32,000 nt of DNA from Cereibacter sphaeroides 2.4.1 (GTDB taxonomy: Bacteria; Pseudomonadota; Alphaproteobacteria; Rhodobacterales; Rhodobacteraceae): positions 480,001 through 512,000 of the forward strand of contig NC_007493.2 of assembly GCF_000012905.2 (NCBI RefSeq), given 5' to 3'. The position numbers and the translations under genes were made by a program. Each line of letters opens with the position of its first letter. Position 1 is the first letter of the stretch. Under the pieces are notes generated by a model. The model was not told where the DNA came from, ran no database searches, and was given only the letters and a program-made list of their open reading frames with translations. Positions 25,712 through 32,000 of the stretch are shown here, piece after piece.

Positions 25712-26353
25712 TCAGCCTTCCGGCGCCACCTGCGTCGCGATCACCCGGTTCCTCGGATGCTCCCGGGTGGCGCCCGCGACATATTCGCGGAAGACCACGG
25801 CGGCATATTTGCCGTTCATCTGGCCCCCGCGTCCCGTGACGAAGCCCGACACTTCGGTGACGGTGCGGCGGTTGCGCTCCTCGGGCGCCGCGACGGGAAT
25901 CACCGGCCTTGTTTCCCCGTAGGAAACAAGCGCCTCGAGACGGGCCGGGCTGATGCCCTGCGAGGCCAGATAGGCCACCACCGCCTTCGCCCGGCGCAGC
26001 CCCAGCCGCTTGTTGTAGGCCTCGGAGCCGACGAGGTCGGTGTGGCCATAGACCCGGAAGCGCACCTCGGGGAATTGCCGGATCCAGTCCGCCTGCCGGC
26101 GCAGCGTGGCCTGCGCCTCCGGCGTCAGGGCGGCGCTGTCGAAGGGGAAGGTGATCGTCGGATCGACCTCGGAAGCGAACCGCTGCCCCAGGGCCTGCGT
26201 CGCGCTCACCGCCCCCATCTGCAAGAGCGAGTTGTTCATCGTGGCATTGCCGAAGGTGCCGTCGTTGATCTCGGTCGAGACCGGCCGGTCGCCGCAGGCC
26301 GCGAGCGCGAGAGCCAGCGGCAGGGCGAGGAGGGGGGCACAACGCATCCGCAT
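25712..26353 (-). CDS. OmpA-family peptidoglycan-binding lipoprotein in the CpaD/RcpB position of the tad locus
   Basis: Lipobox LALAACG. The OmpA_C-like domain reads FPFDSAALTPEAQATLRRQADWIRQFPEVRFRVYGHTDLVGSEAYNKRLGLRRAKAVVAYLASQGISPARL. ATG 26353 lies 5 nt after the cpaC stop. Confidence 0.8.
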   Translation of the reverse strand: MRMRCAPLLALPLALALAACGDRPVSTEINDGTFGNATMNNSLLQMGAVSATQALGQRFASEVDPTITFPFDSAALTPEAQATLRRQADWIRQFPEVRFRVYGHTDLVGSEAYNKRLGLRRAKAVVAYLASQGISPARLEALVSYGETRPVIPVAAPEERNRRTVTEVSGFVTGRGGQMNGKYAAVVFREYVAGATREHPRNRVIATQVAPEG

Positions 26354-26358
26354 CGGGG

Positions 26359-27744
26359 TCACTCCATCACATAGCCGTAGGAGCCGCTGAAATCCTGCCG
26401 GGCGACTTCGGCCGCTGCCCCCCGGCCGGTGACGCGGCCGAACAGGAAGAGATCCTTTTCGGACGGCAGTTTCACCCGGTCGGTGGGCAGCGCCAGCGCC
26501 TCGCCCCGGGTGGGGGTCACGAGATGCGGCGTGACGATGATGACGAGCTCGCTCTGCGAGCGCTGGTATTCGGCGCTGCGGAAGAGGGCGCCGAGGATCG
26601 GGATGTCGCCCAGCCACGGCACCTGGCCGTTGAGGTTGCGGAAGTCGTCCTGCAGGAGGCCCGCGATGGCGAAGCTTTCGCCGTCGCGCATCTCGACGGT
26701 CGTCGAGGTCTCGCGCCGCTTGAAGGCGTTGATGGTGAAGCCCGAACTTTCCAGCGTCACGGTATTGTCGATCGAGGAGACGGCGGCATTGATCATCAGG
26801 TTGATCTGGTTGCCGTCCACCACGACCGGGGTGAAGTTCAGCTCGACGCCGAAGGGCTTGTATTCGATCGAGATCTTCTCGTCGCCGCTGGCCACCGGGA
26901 TCGGATATTCGCCGCCGGCGAGAAACTTCGCCTCCTGCCCCGAGAGGGCGGTGAGGTTCGGCTCGGCCAGCGTCCGCACGACCCCCTTCGATTCGAGTGC
27001 CTCGAGCAGCACCTGAAACTCGAGCGCGCCGACCGAGAAGCCGAGGCTCAGGGCGCCATTGCCTGAGGTGGCGATCGAAGCTCCCGACGGCGGAATGCCG
27101 TTCTGCAGCAGCGTCCCCGTGCCGCCGATCACCGAGCCCGATCCATTGCGGGCGTAGATCGACGAGCCGAGGCTCTTGGCGACCGAGCGCTGCATCTCGG
27201 CGAAGCGGACCTTCAGCATGACCTGCTGCGTGCCGCCGACGCTCATCAGGTTGGACACGCGGTCGGGCGCGTAGCGGCTGGCGAGATCGAGCGCGCGATC
27301 AAGCTTGGCCGTACTGGTGACGGTGCCGGACAGAACGATCCCGTCGTTGGCGGTGCGGACTTCGATATTCTCGCCGGGCAGGATCTGGCGCAGCCGCTCC
27401 TTGAACTCGGCCACGTCGGGCGTGACATGCACGTCCACGTTCGAGATCAGCCGCCCGTCGGCCCCGAGAAGCGTGAGCGTGGTGCGGCCGGGCGCCTTGC
27501 CGAGGACATAGATCGAGGTCTCGGACAGGGTGGAGATGTCGGCGATGCCGGGATTGGCGATGGAGAGCTCGGCGAAGGGCCGGTCACTTTCCACCACGAC
27601 CGCGCGGTTCATCGGCACATTGAGCGCCCCCGAGGCCGAGCCCTCCATGACGCGCAGGGTCTGCGCCGCCGCGGGCGTGAGCGCCATGCCCGCCGCGAGC
27701 GCGAGGACCGCCAGCCCGGCCCGGAATATGTCCTTCGTGCTCAT
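26359..27744 (-). CDS. cpaC: CpaC/RcpA outer-membrane secretin of the Flp pilus
   Basis: Signal peptide and N-terminal BON-like domain. The secretin core reads VVRTLAEPNLTALSGQEAKFLAGGEYPIPV...VPWLGDIPILGALFRS...ELVIIVTPHLV. Confidence 0.9.
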   Translation of the reverse strand: MSTKDIFRAGLAVLALAAGMALTPAAAQTLRVMEGSASGALNVPMNRAVVVESDRPFAELSIANPGIADISTLSETSIYVLGKAPGRTTLTLLGADGRLISNVDVHVTPDVAEFKERLRQILPGENIEVRTANDGIVLSGTVTSTAKLDRALDLASRYAPDRVSNLMSVGGTQQVMLKVRFAEMQRSVAKSLGSSIYARNGSGSVIGGTGTLLQNGIPPSGASIATSGNGALSLGFSVGALEFQVLLEALESKGVVRTLAEPNLTALSGQEAKFLAGGEYPIPVASGDEKISIEYKPFGVELNFTPVVVDGNQINLMINAAVSSIDNTVTLESSGFTINAFKRRETSTTVEMRDGESFAIAGLLQDDFRNLNGQVPWLGDIPILGALFRSAEYQRSQSELVIIVTPHLVTPTRGEALALPTDRVKLPSEKDLFLFGRVTGRGAAAEVARQDFSGSYGYVME

Positions 27745-27997
27745 CTGCCCTGCCTCTCATGTCCGCCTCGGTGCAGGTCTTGATCGCCCGCTCTGGGGCG
27801 AGGATGCCGTATCCCCGAAAACGACGCAATGTTCAGGGGGTTGCAGGCCGGAGTGTATGTTGACAACCGGCAACACCGAAGGCGCGGGTTCCCGGCGCGC
27901 AAAGCCGCTGCCCGGCGCACGGGAGCGGCTTGCCGTGGGATGCACCCGGCTGCGATACCTGCGGCAGAGACCTGCCCGCGGCTGCGCGGGGCGACCG

Positions 27998-28822
27998 TCA
28001 GTTGGTGCAGGGAATGCTCTCCATGACCTCGGCCCCGCGCCGGGTGCGCACGATGCAGGCCGGCTTTTCCTCGACTTCCACGACCTTGTCGGGCTCGCCG
28101 ATCAGGTTTCGGGTGTCGACGGGGGTCGCCGTCGCCTCGGTCGTGTCGTCGCGTCCGACGAGCGACAGCGAGAGCCGACCGGTCGCCTGCGCCTGCGCGA
28201 GCCGCGCCACCTGCTGCGGAGACACTTCCACGGTGACGGTGCGCGCGATGATGGCCGAGGTGGCCAGATCGGCATTGGCGGTCTGGTCGACCGCGACGAT
28301 GGGAATGGTCTTCTCGATCAGCCGCGTGGTCTCGCCGCTGCTGGCGGAGCCCGTCCAGTAGACATCGACCCGGTCGCCGGGCTGCAGGAAGCCGGAGACG
28401 CCCGAGGCCACGTCGACCTTGATCGCGAAGGCGCGCATTCCGCTCGCCAGCCGGATGCCTGCCTCGATGCCGGGCGCGGTCACCTTGACGCCCAGCACCG
28501 GCTCGAACTTCTCCATCTGGCGCAGGACGTAGCGTGGCTTCGCCGGGTCGGGGAAGAGATCGCTTTCCTTCTGGAAGATCGTCTCGGGCAGGGCGTTCGC
28601 GGGCCACATGATGGTGCGGACATCCGCGCGGGTGAGGGGGGCGCCGTAATTGAGCGGCTTGTTCGTCACGAAAACCTCGACCATGGGGCCGAGCTTCTTG
28701 CGTGCGGCACGCTCCTTCTCGAGCGCGATCTGCGTCTGGCTGATATAGCCCTGCGCCATGTAGACGGCGAAGCCCGCAAGGGCGATGCCGATCAGGAGGA
28801 CGAAGGCGAAGACGAGACGCAT
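27998..28822 (-). CDS. cpaB: CpaB/RcpC Flp pilus assembly protein (SAF plus RcpC domains)
   Basis: N-terminal membrane anchor MRLVFAFVLLIGIALAGFAVYM. SAF-like region (PLTRADV) and C-terminal RcpC-like beta domain (VTVEVSPQQVARLAQAQATGRLSLSL). Confidence 0.85.
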   Translation of the reverse strand: MRLVFAFVLLIGIALAGFAVYMAQGYISQTQIALEKERAARKKLGPMVEVFVTNKPLNYGAPLTRADVRTIMWPANALPETIFQKESDLFPDPAKPRYVLRQMEKFEPVLGVKVTAPGIEAGIRLASGMRAFAIKVDVASGVSGFLQPGDRVDVYWTGSASSGETTRLIEKTIPIVAVDQTANADLATSAIIARTVTVEVSPQQVARLAQAQATGRLSLSLVGRDDTTEATATPVDTRNLIGEPDKVVEVEEKPACIVRTRRGAEVMESIPCTN

Positions 28823-28891
28823 GAGCTTGTTCCGGGGTCAAGGCTATTTGAGGCGGGAACCTGCGAGAGCAACGGGCACGCGAAAACGATC

Positions 28892-29095
28892 TTATGGGGC
28901 GGAAAGACTGGTCACGATTTCGACCAGCCGGGCGGCAAGAGCCTGAGCGACCCCGGATGAGGAGGTGTAGGCCGGGATGGTCACCAGGAGGCACAAGCCA
29001 ATGATGGCGGCCGTCAGCACGATCCAGTCGACCGTCACCGCGCCGTCTTCCGCTCTGACAAACGCGTTCCACAGATCAAGTGGCCGTCGGACCAT
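28892..29095 (-). CDS. Flp-like prepilin paralogue 2 (variant G/AVTVDW motif)
   Basis: MVRRPLDLWNAFVRAEDG-AVTVDWIVLTAAIIGLCLLV..., 67 aa. GGAGGG RBS lies 8 nt upstream of ATG 29095. About 50 nt of nucleotide similarity to the upstream pilin gene. Alternative start at 29119. Confidence 0.6.
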   Translation of the reverse strand: MVRRPLDLWNAFVRAEDGAVTVDWIVLTAAIIGLCLLVTIPAYTSSSGVAQALAARLVEIVTSLSAP

Positions 29096-29140
29096 GTGCA
29101 AAGCCCTCCATGCTCTCATGACCCATCGGGCCAGTGTAAA

Positions 29141-29168
29141 TGCGCGGCGCCTGTAGAGCTGCCGCGCA
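29141..29168 (-). terminator. hairpin between the two pilin genes (possible attenuator)
   Basis: 8-bp stem TGCGCGGC / GCCGCGCA with a 12-nt loop. On the minus strand it is followed by TTTAC, a weak U-tract. Confidence 0.3.
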
Positions 29169-29284
29169 CTCGCTGACTTGTCCACTGACATGCGCATCCG
29201 CGCCGTCTGCCCAGCGCACCCAAGGACGCGCCACGTCAGGTTATGGATGAGGGGCGGTTTCCGGCGTCGAAGGGATAAAGACGA

Positions 29285-29515
29285 TTACGGATTGGTCGGA
29301 TCAGTTTCCGTGTCAGCGCCATTACCCGCGGCTTGCGTCATCGTGGCGTCGAGGTCTTCAACGAGGGTGTTTGCCGCGTTGGTCAGGCCGCCCGACACCG
29401 CGCCCACGACGAGAATGCCGAGGCCCACGATGGCGGCGGTGAGCACGACCCAGTCGACGGTGACGGCGCCGTCTTCGTCGTTCCGGAAGGTCTTGAAGAT
29501 GTTCAGCAGTTTCAT
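29285..29515 (-). CDS. Flp-like prepilin paralogue 1 (probable major pilin, variant G/AVTVDW motif)
   Basis: MKLLNIFKTFRNDEDG-AVTVDWVVLTAAIVGLGILVVGAV..., 76 aa. It aligns with the Flp consensus ...F.KDE.G-ATAIEYGLIAALIAVV. It is the first gene of the operon. Confidence 0.7.
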   Translation of the reverse strand: MKLLNIFKTFRNDEDGAVTVDWVVLTAAIVGLGILVVGAVSGGLTNAANTLVEDLDATMTQAAGNGADTETDPTNP

Positions 29516-29628
29516 GGCAGCAGCCCTTGCTTGAATGAACCCTATCGCCGGAGGGGCGGGGTGGTCTTTCCGGGTGGTCCGGTCCGAGCTCCGCTTCGGC
29601 ATGGACCGACTAAGCCCTTCGAATGTGG

Positions 29629-29656
29629 CGGCACTTTGGTGCCGGATGGGTTTTTT
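29629..29656 (+). other. terminator-like hairpin plus T6 run inside the pilin/SLT divergent region
   Basis: CGGCAC-TTTG-GTGCCG followed by GATGGG and TTTTTT (29651-29656) on the plus strand. On the minus strand the same element would sit in the pilin leader. Confidence 0.3.
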
Positions 29657-29861
29657 GGCGAAGGAAAGGAGGGGGGAGGACGTCCTTCCGTATCGGCTTC
29701 CGCTCGAAAGAAGGGGGGCGGCGTCCGGCGCGCAGCTCCGGGACTGTGGGAAATGGGTCCTAGTTCCGGCAAATCTCCCGCGGCCCGGCCGCGAACCGTC
29801 GCTCCGCAGGCGGGCACCGCCTAGGCTCGCCGGAAAACAAGGGCAAGCGGGCAGCTTTCCG

Positions 29862-30752
29862 ATGCGGACCTGGACAGGCGTGTTGATCCTCGCCCTGGCA
29901 TGCGCGCCGGGGATCGCCGTGGCCGAGCCCGGCCCCGGCAAGGACTTCACCTTCCGCCGGGTGAAGCCTCCGGGCAGCGGCGCGGGCAAGCGCATCACCG
30001 TCCAGATCGATCCGGCCGAACAGGCGCGCTGGCTCGCGGCGCTGCCGAAGGTCGAGCCGAGGAAGCCCGACGCCCCGGACCCTGCCGTTCCGGCCCCCGC
30101 GGTGCCTGCCCTGCCCGGAGCGCTCTGGCCCGAGCCGGGGCCTGCGCCGCAGGGCGCCTCCTACGGATGGTTCTGGGAGAGGGTGCCGGTGGCGCTCGCC
30201 GCCGTGCAGGGGCGCTTTCCGCTGGCGCTTGCGAGCCTCTCGCAGGGGCCGAACGGGGCCGCGGTGCGCGCGCCGCGGATGCAGCATCTGCAGCAGATCG
30301 CCGAACGCCATGGGCTCGAGATCCTGAAGGCGACGCTCGGCACCCGCGTCTCGCCTGCGCTGGTTCTCGCCGTCATCGGTATCGAGAGCGGAGGTCGGGT
30401 CGATGCGGTGAGCACGGCCGGCGCGCGGGGGCTGATGCAGCTCATTCCCGCCACCGCGCAGCGATTCGGCGTGACGGACGTGCTCGACCCGGCCCAGAAC
30501 ATCCGCGGCGGCGTGGCCTATCTCGACTGGCTGATGGGCGAGTTCGGAGGCGATCCGCTGATGGTGCTCGCCGCCTACAACGCGGGCGAGGGGGCGGTGA
30601 AGGCCAACGGCGGCGTGCCGCCCTATGCCGAGACCCGCGATTATGTGCCGAAGGTGCTCGCCGCCTGGCAGGTCGCGCAGGGGCTCTGCCTCACGCCGCC
30701 CGAGCTGGTCTCGGATCCGTGCGTCTTCCGCATCCTCTCGGCCGGGCTCTGA
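29862..30752 (+). CDS. lytic transglycosylase (SLT domain) with signal peptide and Pro-rich linker
   Basis: Signal peptide MRTWTGVLILALACAPGIAVA. The SLT catalytic region reads LVLAVIGIESGGRVDAVSTAGARGLMQLIPATAQRFG...GGVAYLDWLM...MVLAAYNAGEGAV. The upstream part of the track ORF has no coding character. Confidence 0.85.
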   Translation: MRTWTGVLILALACAPGIAVAEPGPGKDFTFRRVKPPGSGAGKRITVQIDPAEQARWLAALPKVEPRKPDAPDPAVPAPAVPALPGALWPEPGPAPQGASYGWFWERVPVALAAVQGRFPLALASLSQGPNGAAVRAPRMQHLQQIAERHGLEILKATLGTRVSPALVLAVIGIESGGRVDAVSTAGARGLMQLIPATAQRFGVTDVLDPAQNIRGGVAYLDWLMGEFGGDPLMVLAAYNAGEGAVKANGGVPPYAETRDYVPKVLAAWQVAQGLCLTPPELVSDPCVFRILSAGL

Positions 30753-30810
30753 GGATCGGAGCGGAAGCGCAGGCCCCGTGCCGGTCGCGAAGGCCGCCGG
30801 CGAAAGCGCT

Positions 30811-31101
30811 TCATACGGCGAAGACGTCCGCCCATTCCGGGTGGCGCTGGCGCTGCGCATTCACGAAGGGGCAGAGCGGCACGATCGTGAAGCCCTCGGC
30901 GCGGGCATCGGCGACGAGACGCTCGACCAGCGCCCGCCCGGCGCCGGTTCCGCGGAAGCTGTCGGGAACGCCGGTGTGGTCGGCGATGATCCGTGTGGGC
31001 GAGAGGACGGACCAGGTGAGTTCCGCCTCCTCGCCGCCGCGGCGGATCACATAGCGGCCCCTGGCGGGGCCGCTCTCGCGCTCGATGACGAACTCAGTCA
31101 A
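30811..31101 (-). CDS. small GNAT-like N-acetyltransferase (YjdJ-type, about 96 aa)
   Basis: HTGVPDSFRGTGAGRALVERLVADARAEGFTIVPLCPFV matches the single-domain GNAT (Acetyltransf_CG-like) pattern. TTG start overlaps the scoB stop by 8 nt. Confidence 0.6.
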   Translation of the reverse strand: MTEFVIERESGPARGRYVIRRGGEEAELTWSVLSPTRIIADHTGVPDSFRGTGAGRALVERLVADARAEGFTIVPLCPFVNAQRQRHPEWADVFAV

Positions 31102-31723
31102 CGATCGTGGCCTCGGTCGCGGCCCGCAGCTCGGCCTCGGTCACGCCCTCGGCGCATTCCACGATCCGGAGACCGCCCGGAACGACATCGAGCACGCCGA
31201 GGTTGGTCACGATGCGGTTGACGACGCCCTGACCGGTCAGCGGCAGGGTGCAGTGCTTCAGCACCTTCGATTCGCCGTGCTTCGAGGTGTGGTCCATCAC
31301 CACCACCACGCGCTGCACGCCCGCCACGAGGTCCATCGCCCCGCCCATCCCCTTCACGAGCTTGCCCGGGATCATCCAGTTCGCCAGATCGCCGTTCTCG
31401 GCCACCTCCATCGCGCCGAGGATCGCCATGGCGATCTTGCCGCCGCGGATCATGGCGAAGCTCTGGGCACTGTCGAAATAGGCGGTCTTGGGCAGTTCGG
31501 TGATCGTCTGCTTGCCCGCGTTGATGAGGTCCGCATCCTCCTCGCCCTCGAAGGGGAAGGGACCCATGCCGAGCATGCCGTTCTCGGATTGCAGCGTCAC
31601 CTCGATCCCCTCGGGGATGTAGTTGGCCACCAGCGTCGGGATGCCGATCCCGAGGTTGACATACCAGCCGTCCTGAAGCTCCTGCGCGGCGCGTGCCGCC
31701 ATCTGGTTGCGATCCCAGGCCAT
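31094..31723 (-). CDS. scoB: 3-oxoacid CoA-transferase subunit B
   Basis: AARAAQELQDGWYVNLGIGIPTLVANY...SENGMLGMGP (catalytic Glu motif) ...GGAMDLV. 209 aa. Confidence 0.9.
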   Translation of the reverse strand: MAWDRNQMAARAAQELQDGWYVNLGIGIPTLVANYIPEGIEVTLQSENGMLGMGPFPFEGEEDADLINAGKQTITELPKTAYFDSAQSFAMIRGGKIAMAILGAMEVAENGDLANWMIPGKLVKGMGGAMDLVAGVQRVVVVMDHTSKHGESKVLKHCTLPLTGQGVVNRIVTNLGVLDVVPGGLRIVECAEGVTEAELRAATEATIVD

Positions 31724-31738
31724 GTCTGTCTCTCCCCC

Positions 31739-32000
31739 TCAGGCGCGCTTGCGGACGGTGCGCTGTTCGATGCGTTTCTCGTGCGTGCCCTGGATCAGGC
31801 GATGCACATAGATCCCCGGCAGGTGGATCGAGTCCGGCTCGAGGCTGCCCAGCGGCACGATCTCCTCGACCTCGGCCACGCAGACCTTGCCGCAGGTGGC
31901 GGCCGGCGGGTTGAAGTTGCGCGCGGTCTTGCGGAAGACGAGGTTGCCCGAAGGGTCCGCCTTCCAGGCCTTGACGATCGAGAGATCCGCCACGATCCCG
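31739..32000 (-). CDS. scoA: 3-oxoacid CoA-transferase subunit A (C-terminal part; continues past the window end)
   Basis: ...NFNPPAATCGKVCVAEVEEIVPLGSLEPDSIHLPGIYVHRLIQG..., typical subunit-A C-terminus directly upstream of scoB. The reading frame is open to the window edge. Confidence 0.8.
   Translation of the reverse strand, partial: GIVADLSIVKAWKADPSGNLVFRKTARNFNPPAATCGKVCVAEVEEIVPLGSLEPDSIHLPGIYVHRLIQGTHEKRIEQRTVRKRA

Noticed and set aside
27860-27865. Perfect TTGACA -35 hexamer on the plus strand in the cpaB-cpaC spacer.
   Set aside because: No acceptable -10 lies 16-19 nt downstream, and it would drive transcription antisense to cpaB. It is retained only as part of the dyad-rich segment in the spacer finding.
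29750-29821. Short plus-strand ORF (MGPSSGKSPAARPRTVAPQAGTA) downstream of the polypurine SD-like block in the pilin/SLT intergenic region.
   Set aside because: The ATG is about 70 nt from the purine block, so there is no properly spaced RBS. The composition is typical GC-frame noise, and it is part of a longer shadow ORF (29333..29824).
1-32000. Scan for CRISPR arrays, IS or transposase genes, integrases, tRNA/rRNA genes, toxin-antitoxin pairs and known defence-system hallmarks.
   Set aside because: I saw no regularly spaced direct repeats, no terminal inverted repeats flanking a transposase-like ORF, and no recombinase, nuclease or methylase motifs. The XRE regulator has no adjacent small toxin-like ORF. 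The tad locus shows no obvious GC or codon break that would mark recent horizontal transfer, although this was judged only by eye.

Overview
High-GC (roughly 65-70% by eye) alphaproteobacterial chromosomal DNA. Protein sequences look Rhodobacteraceae-like (Rhodobacter/Cereibacter); this is an impression, not a search result. I found no rRNA, tRNA, CRISPR array, IS element or transposase. The first 17.3 kb is mostly housekeeping and accessory metabolism. It holds a PotABCD-like ABC importer (227-4789) and rpmG, a 55-aa gene absent from the ORF track. It also holds a GNAT acetyltransferase, a BI-1/YccA membrane protein, a divergent DUF1127/LysR pair and a quinone oxidoreductase. Further along are an XRE regulator behind a 360-bp AT-rich palindrome-dense region, an IMPase/HisN-like phosphatase and a SleB-like lipoprotein. 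A large MscS-family channel, guanine deaminase, MgtE and 5-formyl-THF cyclo-ligase complete this part. From 17365 to 29515 the minus strand carries one co-oriented block. It is a complete Tad/Flp (type IVc) pilus locus: two Flp-like prepilins, cpaB, cpaC, an OmpA-like lipoprotein, cpaE, cpaF, tadB, tadC, two TPR lipoproteins and cpaA. An uncharacterised AAA+ ATPase follows cpaA after only 15 nt. A lytic transglycosylase is divergent from the pilin genes. The window ends with a small GNAT and scoB/scoA (scoA partial). I see no obvious defence island or wholly new multi-gene system. The best candidates for undescribed biology are three features of the Tad locus. First, the prepilins carry D-W where Flp pilins have E-Y. 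Second, the CpaE P-loop has no lysine. Third, the appended wHTH-like AAA+ ATPase has no known role. The locus also has long structured non-coding gaps. All calls rest on reading motifs by eye; no database search was possible. Many long ORFs in the track are GC-driven shadow frames and were rejected.
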